A stretch of 63,358 nt of DNA, counting the filler, from Octopus bimaculoides (lineage: Eukaryota), in the NCBI RefSeq assembly GCF_001194135.2. It is 5 parts of 5 records of this genome, joined end to end, with 100 filler letters (N's around TTAATTAATTAA, not from the genome) between each part and the next. Parts side by side here need not be neighbours in the genome. Positions count along the whole stretch, not along the records: positions 1 to 5,208 come from NW_026336965.1; positions 5,309 to 25,166 come from NC_069009.1; 3 more parts are not named here. One strand, written 5' to 3'. Positions 1 to 11,675 of the stretch are shown piece by piece. The position numbers and the translations under genes were made by a program. The first letter of the stretch is position 1, and each line of letters starts with the position of its first letter. Below the pieces are notes generated by a model. That model saw nothing but the letters and a program-made list of their open reading frames with translations, did no database searches and was not told the origin of the DNA.

Positions 1-39
<39 letters not shown>

Positions 40-44
40 TAAGC

Positions 45-210
45 AAGGTTTTTCATTTTATTGCTATTTATTTTCTTTTATTCCTTTCTATTGAAGAGTG
101 TAGCCTCGAAACGTAAATGACTTTTTCATTTTTCCCCAAGTGTCAAACTAATACACTTGCCTGTAGTTCATACACCTCTCTTCATCTTTTGTTTTTCTGT
201 AAATTTCTAC
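45..210 (+). mobile_element. Interspersed repeat P1, probable Penelope-like element terminus
   Basis: Shares the GAAGAG..TAG.CTCGAAAC...AAACTAATACA..TGT block with 2660-2820 (+) and 48722-48885 (-). All copies end in (TA)n. PLE origin is inferred from the TGAAGA...CGAAAC motif. Confidence 0.55.
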
Positions 211-353
211 TACATATATATATATGTGTGCGTGTGTGCACGCATGCATATATGTCTGTTGTGTATGTATATATCAATAAATATCACTCTATATAAGTAT
301 GCATGAATACATATCCACATGTGTATATTTACATGAATATATATATATATGTC

Positions 354-428
<75 letters not shown>

Positions 429-430
429 AA
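210..430. repeat. Compound (TA)n/(TG)n microsatellite
   Basis: Visible dinucleotide runs; one of dozens in the window. Confidence 0.95.
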
Positions 431-894
431 ATATATAAAAACAAAAGGATAAAGAGAGCAAAGGTAAGGTTGAAGAATTTTTATATATTTACATATACAC
501 ACGCTAATACACGACTTATAATACCCAATCCTGTTCATACAACGATTGGGGCAAACTAGTCGGTATACAGCACTTACTCGGTATTACCTGTATCCTCCGG
601 GGTTTGGTTAAATCCAATACCCTCCTCAACCTNNNNNNNNNNNNNNNNNNNNNNNNNNNNNNNNNNNNNNNNNNNNNNNNNNNNNNNNNNNNNNNNNNNN
701 NNNNNNNNNNNNNNNNNNNNNNNNNNNNNNNNNNNNNNNNNNNNNNNNNNNNNNNNNNNNNNNNNNNNNNNNNNNNNNNNNNNNNNNNNNNNNNNNNNNN
801 NNNNNNNNNNNNNNNNNNNNNNNNNNNNNNNNNNNNNNNNNNNTATGCGTGTGTGTGTGTGTGTGTGTGTGTGCGTGTGTGTGTATACATATAT

Positions 895-1250
895 TAAAAA
901 AGAATATAAATCATGAGACAAGAATGCAACAGGTGACAACAAGACATCCAGACAGTTAGATGATTCAAAAAGGGAAAAGACAAAACAGATAAGGGTCATT
1001 GGGAGTTTTCTTTCGTCAGTCGAATCCCAGATTATCTTTGCAGTTTCAGCTGGTTATACTCGAGACTGCTCCAATCTGGCCAGCCCCAAGGAAAATCTAA
1101 ACTAAGAGCACTAGATTCCTTGGAATGGAGCAGTGAATGTATGTGAAATCAAGGATGGAAAAAAAACAGAGAAATGGTACAGAAATACAAATGCAAACAA
1201 CAGGACATTAACCACAGATGTCTTTCGACTAAGGACATATTAAATTAAGC
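895..1250. mobile_element. Interspersed repeat P2 (copy 1), possible PLE terminal region
   Basis: Aligns by eye with 6790-7090, e.g. ATTATCTTTGCA..TTC.G.TGGTTATACTCGAGA.TGCTCCAATCTGGCCA.CCCCAAGGAAAA. Confidence 0.6.
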
Positions 1251-1289
1251 TCGTGTGTGTATATGCATGTATGTATGTGTGTGTGTATG

Positions 1290-1308
1290 TTGATAGATAG
1301 ATAGATAA

Positions 1309-1383
<75 letters not shown>

Positions 1384-1385
1384 TG
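1290..1385. repeat. (GATA)n tetranucleotide microsatellite
   Basis: Visible tandem GATA run. Confidence 0.95.
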
Positions 1386-1539
1386 AATATATATACATAT
1401 GTAAAGACTGGGCAAAAAGTTACAGAAGTGTCTCAAGAACAAACTGCTCCACTTCCGAGACTTCACAAATTTTGGCCAATGACTAATTTCTGTGACATTA
1501 CGTTGATGTAATAAAACTTTCTATTTTAGGCACAATGCC

Positions 1540-1730
1540 TGAAATTTTGCAGGAGTGGGTTAGTAGATAAAATTGTGACCAGTTCACAAATTCTACTGAG
1601 TTTATCAAGCTGCAAAGGTTGAAAAGCGAAGTCAACCTCAGCAGAATTTGAACTCGGAACATAAAGAAGGACAAAATGCAGCTACGCAATTTGTCCGGTG
1701 TGCTAATGATGTTGCCAGCTCATTGCCTTG
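1540..1730 (-). mobile_element. tRNA-derived SINE family A, degraded copy
   Basis: Reverse complement resembles the family A copy at 17223-17450 (GAGCTGGCA...GTTCAAATTC.GC.GAGGT.GACTT). Confidence 0.6.
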
Positions 1731-2099
1731 TAACGCAGTCACCTGGAAATTATTGTTGGGAGTCCAAGGAATCAGAGGGCCAGTTAACCAGTTTCTCTGT
1801 CCGATAAGGGACTGAGATCTAATGATTCCTTCTGAACAGAGTGCCAGTTATTTTCAAGGCTAACCATTTGCAGCCGAGCAGACTAAAGGGACATAGCATA
1901 AAGTGTGTTCATTAAATGATAAATATAGATTTCTCCTGTATACATACACAAACACACACACACATATGAGCATGTATGTGTATATATGCATACAAAAATA
2001 TAAATATATATTTGTATGTATATATATACATATATGTATGTATTTCTTTCTGTACACACACACACACACATATATATTGTTTATTGAAAGGTCACAATG

Positions 2100-2500
2100 C
2101 GTTATTAAAGCACTATAAGTAGTTTCATATGTTGAGAAAACTCAAACATATTCTTCAGGCACAAAGCACATCTCATAACGAACTACAGAAATTGAATAAA
2201 AGAAGAAACACAAAAAAACTGAGAATACAGCATATACAAAATGCAGACAGTAAATAACAGGGAAAAAAACAGAAACTAAAATGTAATAAGTAAGAAGGTA
2301 AAAGAGCCATCCTCCTTAAATCTTAAATAAGGCTGGAAAGATATCAAGTCAGTTAGGAATAGACGGAATTTTCCAATTCTTCAAAATATATTTATACATA
2401 TGTATGCAACCACTGAAAATTTCTGACCTGGAGTTCAATAGAGAGTTAGGGATCTTAGATCTGAACAGGATCTGCACACTTTCAGCCAAACAAAGGTATG
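2100..2500 (-). mobile_element. Penelope-like element 3' end (GIY-YIG C-terminus plus 3' UTR), Naiad-like
   Basis: Minus-strand translation gives ...FRSKIPNSLLNSRSEIFSGCIHMYKYILKNWKIPSIPN, homologous to 57610-57792. The 3' UTR carries an HHR-like motif. Confidence 0.75.
2108..2162 (-). ncRNA. Hammerhead ribozyme-like motif (type I), non-canonical cleavage site
   Basis: Minus strand reads CTGAAGA (2152-2158), stem II ATATG-T-TTGAG/TTTT/CTCAA-CATAT, GAAA (2123-2126), stem III CTA/CTTA/TAG, then GUG instead of NUH. Stem I is weak. Confidence 0.55.
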
Positions 2501-2552
2501 TATATCTATGTGTATATATTTATTCATATACACATATACACATTCATATATA

Positions 2553-2583
<31 letters not shown>

Positions 2584-2659
2584 TCATATATATATACACA
2601 CACATATATATTCATATACATGTACATTCACCATGATAGATCGATAGCCACTACACATT

Positions 2660-2820
2660 CTTTTTTTCTCTCCTTGTTTCTTTCTGTGTTCCTTTCCGTG
2701 GAAGAGCGTAGGCTCGAAACATTAAAGACTTTTTCACTTCCCAAGCATTAAACTAATACATCTGTTTGTTGTCTACACCACCTGTCTTTGTCTTTTGTTC
2801 TTTTGTGAATTCTCCCCCTA
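2660..2820 (+). mobile_element. Interspersed repeat P1 (copy 2)
   Basis: GGAAGAGCGTAGGCTCGAAACATTAAAGACTTTTTCACTTCCCAAGCATTAAACTAATACATCTGTTTGTTG, matching 48722-48885 on the opposite strand. Confidence 0.65.
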
Positions 2821-3767
2821 TACATATACATATGCATATCTATGTGNNNNNNNNNNNNNNNNNNNNNNNNNNNNNNNNNNNNNNNNNNNNNNNNNNNNNN
2901 NNNNNNNNNNNNNNNNNNNNNNNNNNNNNNNNNNNNNNNNNNNNNNNNNNNNNNNNNNNNNNNNNNNNNNNNNNNNNNNNNNNNNNNNNNNNNNNNNNNN
3001 NNNNNNNNNNNNNNNNNNNNNNNNNNNNNNNNNNNNNNNNNNNNNNNNNNNNNNNNNNNNNNNNNNNNNNNNNNNNNNNNNNNNNNNNNNNNNNNNNNNN
3101 NNNNNNNNNNNNNNNNNNNNNNNNNNNNNNNNNNNNNNNNNNNNNNNNNNNNNNNNNNNNNNNNNNNNNNNNNNNNNNNNNNNNNNNNNNNNNNNNNNNN
3201 NNNNNNNNNNNNNNNNNNNNNNNNNNNNNNNNNNNNNNNNNNNNNNNNNNNNNNNNNNNNNNNNNNNNNNNNNNNNNNNNNNNNNNNNNNNNNNNNNNNN
3301 NNNNNNNNNNNNNNNNNNNNNNNNNNNNNNNNNNNNNNNNNNNNNNNNNNNNNNNNNNNNNNNNNNNNNNNNNNNNNNNNNNNNNNNNNNNNNNNNNNNN
3401 NNNNNNNNNNNNNNNNNNNNNNNNNNNNNNNNNNNNNNNNNNNNNNNNNNNNNNNNNNNNNNNNNNNNNNNNNNNNNNNNNNNNNNNNNNNNNNNNNNNN
3501 NNNNNNNNNNNNNNNNNNNNNNNNNNNNNNNNNNNNNNNNNNNNNNNNNNNNNNNNNNNNNNNNNNNNNNNNNNNNNNNNNNNNNNNNNNNNNNNNNNNN
3601 NNNNNNNNNNNNNNNNNNNNNNNNNNNNNNNNNNNNNNNNNNNNNNNNNNNNNNNNNNNNNNNNNNNNNNNNNNNNNNNNNNNNNNNNNNNNNNNNNNNN
3701 NNNNNNNNNNNNNNNNNNNNNNNNNNNNNNNNNNNNNNNNNNNNNNNNNNNNNNNNNNNNNNNNNNN

Positions 3768-3810
3768 CCTCAAACATATTCATCAGGCACACACCACATA
3801 TCATAATGAA
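3768..3810 (-). mobile_element. Partial second copy of the 2140-2180 PLE 3' UTR, cut by gap
   Basis: CTCAAACATATTCATCAGGCACAC matches CTCAAACATATTCTTCAGGCACAA. Minus strand gives CTGATGA followed by the same stem II start. Confidence 0.55.
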
Positions 3811-3818
3811 ATATATAT

Positions 3819-3867
<49 letters not shown>

Positions 3868-3910
3868 TTAGGGATAATCCAAATTTACAGGTAAAAACTC
3901 AAATCCCTAA

Positions 3911-3951
<41 letters not shown>

Positions 3952-4319
3952 GATAGACAGACAGAGACAAACAGACACACAGACAGAAAGATAAATAGAT
4001 AGATAGATAGTAGAAAGACAGACAAGCAGACAGACAAGCAGACAGACATACAGACATTAAATGTAACCTAGAAACACTACATAGATGTGATGCAAAAGAA
4101 GAAAAATCAGTTTTACTTACAAGTCAATCGCTTCATGTCATACAAAATCCGTACATTCATCTCAGATAAGATTTAATACGGGAAAGGATATGTTGATATA
4201 ATCATTGTGCATATGTTGAAATGATAAACTTTGTATATGCATTTATATGATATATATGTGCATATATATACGCACACTTATATATGTATGCGTATATATT
4301 ATATGAATGCGTTACTTTC

Positions 4320-4480
4320 ATTCTTTTATTGTCTTGCTTGTTTCAGTCATTTGACTGCGGCCATGCAGGGGCACCAACTTGAAGATGTTTCCATTGAATG
4401 AATTGACCCCGGGTTATAGGGATGCAAACACACCAACACCTGTTGTCAAGCAGTGGGGCAAACAGACACAAAGACACACA
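4320..4480 (-). mobile_element. SINE family B, 3' part
   Basis: TTTCAGTCATTTGACTGCGGCCATGC matches the family B tail at 38410-38440 and the reverse complement of 25495-25530. Confidence 0.75.
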
Positions 4481-4860
4481 CACACATACACACACATATA
4501 GTGTGTATATACATAATATATATGTATGCATGTATGTATGTATGTATGAATGTTTGTGTGTCTGTATGTGTGTGTTAGCATATATGTATGTGTGTATATG
4601 TATGTATATATGTGTGTGTATGTGTGTGAGTATGTATGTAGGTATATATGTGTGTGCATGCGTGTGTATGTATGTAGGTATATATGTGTGTGTGTGTACA
4701 TATGTGTGTATGTGTGTTTATATGTATGAGTGTTTATATGTGTGTATGTTTATATGTATGTGTGTTTATATGTATGTATGCATTCATGCGGCCATGCATG
4801 TATGTGTGTGAGTGTACATACATATGTATGCATGTATGTGTCTATATATGTATGCGTGGA
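4480..4860. repeat. Degenerate (TG/TA/TATG)n microsatellite tract
   Basis: Visible simple-sequence tract; explains the ORFs called here. Confidence 0.9.
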
Positions 4861-4974
4861 TGGATGGATACTGCATTTCCTCAGCAATTGAGATTTAAAT
4901 AAATGTAAAAAATGGAGAATCATTAAAAGAAGGAAAAACTTTTAAGAACATATGGAAAGATATCCTTTTCAATT

Positions 4975-5016
<42 letters not shown>

Positions 5017-5208
5017 AATATACAGATATAGGGCAGGGAATTGCCAATTAGTAATAAAATTAATAATTAACAATTTTGCCATAAATATCGCCATCCGTTA
5101 GAGAAAAAATTTGTAGTTTGGAATCAGTAGTTCTTTGACTGCTATTTCTAAATTTTCAGTATGTTGGTGAAGCAACTCATGCTGATCCCTATATATTTAT
5201 GACTATAT

Positions 5209-5308
5209 NNNNNNNNNNNNNNNNNNNNNNNNNNNNNNNNNNNNNNNNNNNNTTAATTAATTAANNNNNNNNNNNNNNNNNNNNNNNNNNNNNNNNNNNN
5301 NNNNNNNN
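5209..5308. other. Assembly gap linker N44-TTAATTAATTAA-N44 (artefact)
   Basis: The same 100-nt construct recurs at 25167-25266, 54372-54471 and 60151-60250. The 12-mer gives stop codons in all six frames. Confidence 0.95.
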
Positions 5309-5349
<41 letters not shown>

Positions 5350-5353
<4 letters not shown>

Positions 5354-5470
5354 CATCCACATTTTTCTTATATATTGCGTAATTTAACATAACTGAACTC
5401 AATTTAATATAATATAAAAGAGAGTCAAGTCTTTATGTTAATTTTTTTATTGACTTTTACTATCCTACCT
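5350..5470 (+). repeat. Interspersed repeat shared with 9335-9445
   Basis: CATTTTTCTTATATATTGCGTAA.TTAACATAACTGAA...TTTATTGACTTTTACTATCCTACCTAC occurs at both loci. Confidence 0.75.
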
Positions 5471-6739
5471 ACTAATAGTTAACCTTGGATTATGTGTTTT
5501 TGTTTTTTATTTATATACATTTATATATTTTTGCCCATTTTGTTGTTTATGTTATCGATTATCCATTAATCTACCATAACAAAGTCATGACCTTTCAAAA
5601 CAATAGATTACCAATTATATTACGAGACTGACCATAACACCCTCCCCATTTCCTGCAGGATTTCAGTAACTCAATAAATAAAAAGTAACGGAAAATAATA
5701 AAGTATCTTGGTTAATACCCTGGAATTTATTACTTTAGTACCGACTAATATCACGGAAATTAATATAACCTCTAACCCAATTATAGTGGACCTTTATCCC
5801 AAGCCCTCAAAAGAAGCATATCGCATGTTTGTATGTATATATATGTTTCGGTATAATTATCATAATCATATAAAAACAAAAATACGACTACTAGTAATCC
5901 TCCATTCTCAACACATAAACAAATATGTACCTATGGGTATGTTTGTACGTAAATATATATATATATATGTATNNNNNNNNNNNNNNNNNNNNNNNNNNNN
6001 NNNNNNNNNNNNNNNNNNNNNNNNNNNNNNNNNNNNNNNNNNNNNNNNNNNNNNNNNNNNNNNNNNNNNNNNACGTACCCAACACCTACAACCCCACACA
6101 AACACGAACACACATACTCAAATAGCCGCCTGTTGACCCTCTACTTACCCTGTCTATAAGCGTCCACTAACCAGTCCTGCTACTAATTTCTTCCACTACG
6201 TCATACCCACACACACACACACAAACACACTAACAGATAAACCACCAAACCATGCACACACACACACACACATACATACATACATACGCACACACACGCT
6301 CTGTTNNNNNNNNNNNNNNNNNNNNNNNNNNNNNNNNNNNNNNNNNNNNNNNNNNNNNNNNNNNNNNNNNNNNNNNNNNNNNNNNNNNNNNNNNNNNNNN
6401 NNNNNNNNNNNNNNNNNNNNNNNNNNNNNNNNNNNNNNNNNNNNNNNNNNNNNNNNNNNNNNNNNNNNNNNNNNNNNNNNNNNNNNNNNNNNNNNNNNNN
6501 NNNNNNNNNNNNNNNNNNNNNNNNNNNNNNNNNNNNNNNNNNNNNNNNNNNNNNNNNNNNNNNNNNNNNNNNNNNNNNNNNNNNNNNNNNNNNNNNNNNN
6601 NNNNNNNNNNNNNNNNNNNNNNNNNNNNNNNNNNNNNNNNNNNNNNNNNNNNNNNNNNNNNNNNNNNNNNNNNNNNNNNNNNNNNNNNNNNNNNNNNNNN
6701 NNNNNNNNNNNNNNNNNNNNNNNNNNNNNNNNTAATATA

Positions 6740-7420
6740 ATATAATATAATATAATACAAAGGAATACAAAACATGGGACAAGAAGGCAAAACATCTAGA
6801 CAGATGATATAAAAAAGTGCAGGAAAAAACAAGGACGTATCATTCGGAAGTTTCTTTCCTCAGTCGAGTTCCATATTATCTTTGCAATTTCGGGTGGTTA
6901 TACTCGAGATTGCTCCAATCTGGCCAATCCCAAGGAAAAACCACGCCAAGTGGACTAGATTCCTTGGCAGAAAGCAGCGAATGTATATGAAAACATGGAC
7001 GGAAAAAACGGAGAAATGGTACACAAATACAAATGCAAACAACAGGATATTAACAAATGGTGTCTTCCGACTAAGGATGAATTACGTTAAGCTGGCGTGC
7101 CTGGAAGTGAAGCCTTACTGCAGGGACATATGAGAAGACAGGCATGGTGAGGAATATAGATGTTGCACGGATGGTAGTCGAGCTAAGAAAGGTCAGGCTT
7201 GACCGAAAACCGATCTCATAGTGAGAGAGTAGAAGGGTAGAGACAGAGGGTTAGAAGAATTAGGGAGAGGCAGGAAAATAGAAAAGGGACAGAGTGAAGT
7301 GAAAGAGGAGGGAAGGTGAGAACGAAGAAAAAGCGAGGAAATGTGAAAGAGCGGGAACGAAAGAAAGAAGAGTGGAAACAGCGAAGTAAGTCTAAAAAGG
7401 GGCTGATAGAAAGACAGAAT
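6740..7420. mobile_element. Interspersed repeat P2 (copy 2, longer) with purine-rich extension
   Basis: Homologous to 895-1250 and continues into a GA-rich tract. PLE assignment is inference only. Confidence 0.6.
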
Positions 7421-8959
7421 GAAACGTTTTTTTAATTTTTCATGTTTTTATATAAGATAGTATTTATGTGTGTGTGGCTATATACGTGTATATATGTAAG
7501 TATGTATGTATGTATGTACGTATGTATGTATGTATGTATGTATGTATGTATGTATGTATGTATGTATGTATGTATGCAGGTATGTATATATGGTTGTATA
7601 TATATATGTATATATTTTGTATACTTATGTATGTATATAGATACAGGCATTGATATGCAAACCCATTCCAGCGCCAATAAATAAATTGATTGATTGATTG
7701 ATTAATTAATTAATTAATTGGTTAATTGATCACTTGGTTGATTGATTGAATAATGGACCTAAATTTTTGAGTATGTTTTTATTCTAATTATAGACCTCAA
7801 TAACCCAGAGTTACCTCCCTTCATTCTATTTATAGTTTAATAAACCTCCACCCATAGACCTCATGAATATAGCACTAAAAGCAATTAAGTGAATAAATAG
7901 ACGGATAAATATTTTAAAAGACTGAATGACTGATTGGTTTATTAATTAAGTGACTCAACACTATTACTTTGAGTCTTGAATTTGAGGCATTTTGTCTGAT
8001 AAAATAGATTTTAAACGTAATTTTAGTGATAAATAACAACAATATAGTATTATGTAGGTAGATATAAAAGAGGATATATAAGGACATATACTGAGTTGGT
8101 TCATTAATTTAGTAACTAAACACTGTTATCTGGAGCATTAAAATTAATGCATTTATCGGAGAAAACATTTTAAGCATAATTTTCGCGATAAATTACAACT
8201 CAGTGAAACAACTTTTACGGTCACTTTTGGTCTTTTGTCCTTTGTTTAAATTTAGTGCGAATAACTTCCAACATATAATTTTAACCCTATATTACCCGTA
8301 TAGTTTAGTAAATATACAAGTGATTCCCCTAAGTAGACAGATACATGTATTATTTGATACTGTTGTTTTTAATAAATTTGTTATAACTTATCTGTCATAT
8401 GCAGTCTATTAAAACAATATCCTCTTAGTAATATCACTTTAACCTAAAGTACTAATAGATATATATATANNNNNNNNNNNNNNNNNNNNNNNNNNNNNNN
8501 NNNNNNNNNNNNNNNNNNNNNNNNNNNNNNNNNNNNNNNNNNNNNNNNNNNNNNNNNNNNNNNNNNNNNNNNNNNNNNNNNNNNNNNNNNNNNNNNNNNN
8601 NNNNNNNNNNNNNNNNNNNNNNNNNNNNNNNNNNNNNNNNNNNNNNNNNNNNNNNNNNNNNNNNNNNNNNNNNNNNNNNNNNNNNNNNNNNNNNNNNNNN
8701 NNNNNNNNNNNNNNNNNNNNNNNNNNNNNNNNNNNNNNNNNNNNNNNNNNNNNNNNNNNNNNNNNNNNNNNNNNNNNNNNNNNNNNNNNNNNNNNNNNNN
8801 NNNNNNNNNNNNNNNNNNNNNNNNNNNNNNNNNNNNNNNNNNNNNNNNNNNNNNNNNNNNNNNNNNNNNNNNNNNNNNNNNNNNNNNNNNNNNNNNNNNN
8901 NNNNNNNNNNNNNNNNNNNNNNNNNNNNNNNNNNNNNNNNNNNNNNNTAGAGAAATAAG

Positions 8960-9335
8960 GTCACTGAGGGGTGTGTGAGTTAAGAAATGGTTGGAATTTC
9001 TCTATGAAAAGATTCTCCTTGTTGATTCTTTCTTGTGTGGAGATTCTGTCTTTACATTGATAGAAAGGGAATATAATGAATTTAGGGTTTTTGTTTCTGG
9101 CGCAAGAGTCTATGTGGCCACTGAGTGGAATTTGGCGGTATTGAGGGAGGTTTATTTGTTCCTTATGGACAGCTACTCTTCTACGTAATGGGAGGCTCGT
9201 CTGTCCGGTATAGAAGTTTTGGCAGCCTGCGCAAGTAAGGACATAAATGGGGTTACCCGAGGAACAAGAGAAATTGGTTTTAATTTTAAACTTTGTTCCT
9301 CGTTTGAAGGTAAATTCAGAGCCTTCAAGTAGGTA
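8960..9335 (-). mobile_element. Penelope-like (Neptune-like) GIY-YIG endonuclease fragment, 5'-truncated
   Basis: Manual minus-strand translation (no ATG, so absent from the ORF track): KFKIKTNFSCSSGNPIYVLTCAGCQNFYTGQTSLPLRRRVAVHKEQINLPQYRQIPLSGHIDSC...RINKENLFIEKFQPFLN. Confidence 0.85.
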
Positions 9336-11304
9336 ACATTTTTCTTATATATTGCGTAAATTAACATAACTGAATTTAATATAACATAACAGAGCTGTGT
9401 CCCTATGTCAGTTTCTTTATTGACTTTTACTATCCTACCTACATTAATTTTGCTGGTGACTTTCTTGATTTAGTATTTGTATTTGGCGGTATTCTATATA
9501 CTCACAAAAATTTCATTTGTGACTCATCATTATCTAGCTCATTCTTAGCTTTTCTTTGTGCTCTTTTGAATGTGTCGACAAATCTTTCCGCCTGCCCATT
9601 TGACCTTGGTTGGTAAGGCGAGGTAAAGATGTGCTTTATGACATGAGTTTTGCAGAAATTTCTTAATTCATATTACGTGGATTGTGTTCCATTATCTGAA
9701 ACTAACGTATTTGGAATACCGTAACGTTTCTTGTGATGTTTTTTACATCGCATACCTCTGATTACTTTGTATAGGTATTCACATCCATTAGTATAGTATG
9801 CGTCGTTCACTCGACCAGCGTAGTTGATATGTAACCTGGAGCATGAGCTCTCAAACAGTAACCACGATTTGTATTTTCTGGTTGTGCTTTGGTTGCCAAC
9901 GTGCAACATGTCCATGCTTTCTTCAATTTCTCGATGTCCCTGTCCATAGCCGGCCAATATACAAAGCTCCTCATTAAAGCTTTCATTCAGAACATTCCCG
10001 GTTGCCCACAGTAGAATTGTTATAATACTTGTTTCTGTAGTGCACTTGCTACTACTATTCCCGGCGCGTACATGAGGACATTGGCACATACTGAGAAATT
10101 ATTTGAATTCGTATTTTTATTATGCATATTTTTCAACGTGTGTTCCATTCTTGTAATGTAACTCTCCTCTACGGATTTCATTTTTTTTTAACCATGCGCT
10201 CTCACCGACAATTCCAGGATTATATTACATATAATACTTGTTACTTCATTTTCTGACTGCCTCGATACGTAGTCTGCATCCGACGGAATATACTGCATCT
10301 TAAAAATGTAGTTTATCAGCATGGTACTCCAGCGTTTTTGTCAATTCGCTATCTGGTTAGGCAATACCTTCTTTGATTCAAAAATTGATAGTAATGGTCA
10401 ATGATTGGTTTGTAACAAAGACTTCTACCGTGTAGGAATTTGCGAATTTTTTACCGCAAAAATAATCGATAGAGCCTCTTTTTTCTATCTGACTATACTC
10501 TTTTCCACTGCTATCAGCAAACGTGAAGCATGAACTACTAGCTTCATATTTCCATCTGCATATTTGTGTCGCAAGACTGTTCTTATTCCACACTCCGGAA
10601 CATCAGACGGTACAATAATGTCCATTCTATGATCGGAAAGCACTAGTGACAAGTCAGAAATCAGTATTTTCTTTGTTTTCAAATGCGTTTTGGTACTTTA
10701 CTCATCAATTCCATTTTCTTTTCTTTTTAGTTAATCGTTTCATGATGCTCTCAATTGATGTACATTCGGACTGTACTGTTGACAGTAATTTACTATGCCG
10801 ATAAAAGCTTGTAATGTTGATGTATTCGTTGGAGGAAGCATATTCTTGATTGCGTCTGCTCTCGACGGGTCAGGATGTCTTTCAATCTCATTTATGATTT
10901 GACCAAGGTATCTGGTTTTTGGCAAAAGAATTTCACACTTTTATTCACTGAGAGTGAAAACATAATCCTTAATGTTTTTAAAGACACACTTCACGTTTTC
11001 GATATGCTCATTTCGCGATTCGCTTTTGATTAACATATCATCAAGGTAAGTGGTGGCAAACTGACAGTCTGCCAACATCGCGTCAATCACCTTTTGAAAT
11101 ATTGTCGGTGCTACTTTCAGTTCAAAAGGTAGTCTATTGTATTTGTATGTGCCCCTGTGCGTGTTGACCATTAACAACCTTCAGCATTTTTCATCTACTT
11201 TTATTTGTAGACATACATCAGACAGATCGAGTTTTGAAAATGTTTTTCTTCCGTTTAGTTTTGTAAAAATATTTGTTGAGGTTGGTAAGGGATAATGGTT
11301 CATT

Positions 11305-11538
11305 ATTTACATTATTTACATTCGACGGATGTTTGTCCTCATCTTGTTTGTTGATAACACGTTTCGGCTGATATACTCTCCAGCCTTCTTCAGGTGTCTT
11401 GTGGAAATTTCGAACCTGGGTTCTCATTCCTCAGGTATTTTTCGATGTTATTATTATTAGTGTTCAAGTCACTGCTTGGAATCGAACTCGGAATCTTGGA
11501 GTTAGTAGCCTGCGCTCTTAACCACTACGCCATATGCC
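11305..11538 (-). mobile_element. tRNA-headed SINE-like element with hammerhead-type tail
   Basis: Head GGCATATGGCGTAGTGGTTAAGAGCGC...GAGTTCGATTCC with A box 11522-11532 and B box 11478-11489. Tail GACAC-CTGAAGA-A-GGCTG..CAGCC-GAAAC, ending in (AATGTAAAT)n. Inserted in Gypsy RT with TSD GATAATGGTTCATT (11291-11304 and 11676-11689). Confidence 0.85.
11355..11398 (-). ncRNA. Minimal type-I hammerhead ribozyme motif (this copy has lost about 3 nt at the cleavage site)
   Basis: Stem I 5' GACAC, core CTGAAGA (11387-11393), extra A, 5-bp stem II GGCTG/CAGCC, GAAA. The sister copy (11566-11578) shows the intact 3' half GAAA-CG-TT-GTGTT. Confidence 0.6.
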
Positions 11539-11675
11539 CGAAGAAGGCTGGAGGGTATATAAGCCGAAACGTTGTGTTAACAACAAACAAAATGAGGACA
11601 AATATCCGTCGAATGTAAATAATGTAAATAATGTAAATAATGTACAGAATTCCTCATCTCTTAAATATAGAACTC
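11538..11675 (+). mobile_element. Inverted partial copy of the same element's HHR tail
   Basis: 11537-11642 is the reverse complement of 11301-11394 with few changes, then extends by TACAGAATTCCTCATCTCTTAAATATAGAACTC. It lies inside the same TSD. Confidence 0.85.

Noticed and set aside
516-632. Possible exon end next to a gap (minus strand VEEGIGFNQTPEDTG with GT donors)
   Set aside because: The 5' part lies in Ns and no protein family is recognised, so it cannot be supported.
2748-3894. Multiple 330-355-aa ORFs (and similar ones at 6196-6832, 19306-20218, 23068-23757, 31006-31661, 35874-36579, 50532-51282)
   Set aside because: They span N gaps; X runs hide stops, and the flanks are microsatellites.
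5253-5264. TTAATTAATTAA palindrome recurring four times
   Set aside because: Always centred in N44/N44; it is an assembly linker, not biological sequence.
11465-11538. Possible genuine tRNA genes here and at 26320-26384 and 49520-49588
   Set aside because: A and B boxes are present but acceptor stems do not pair, and each continues into a SINE body.
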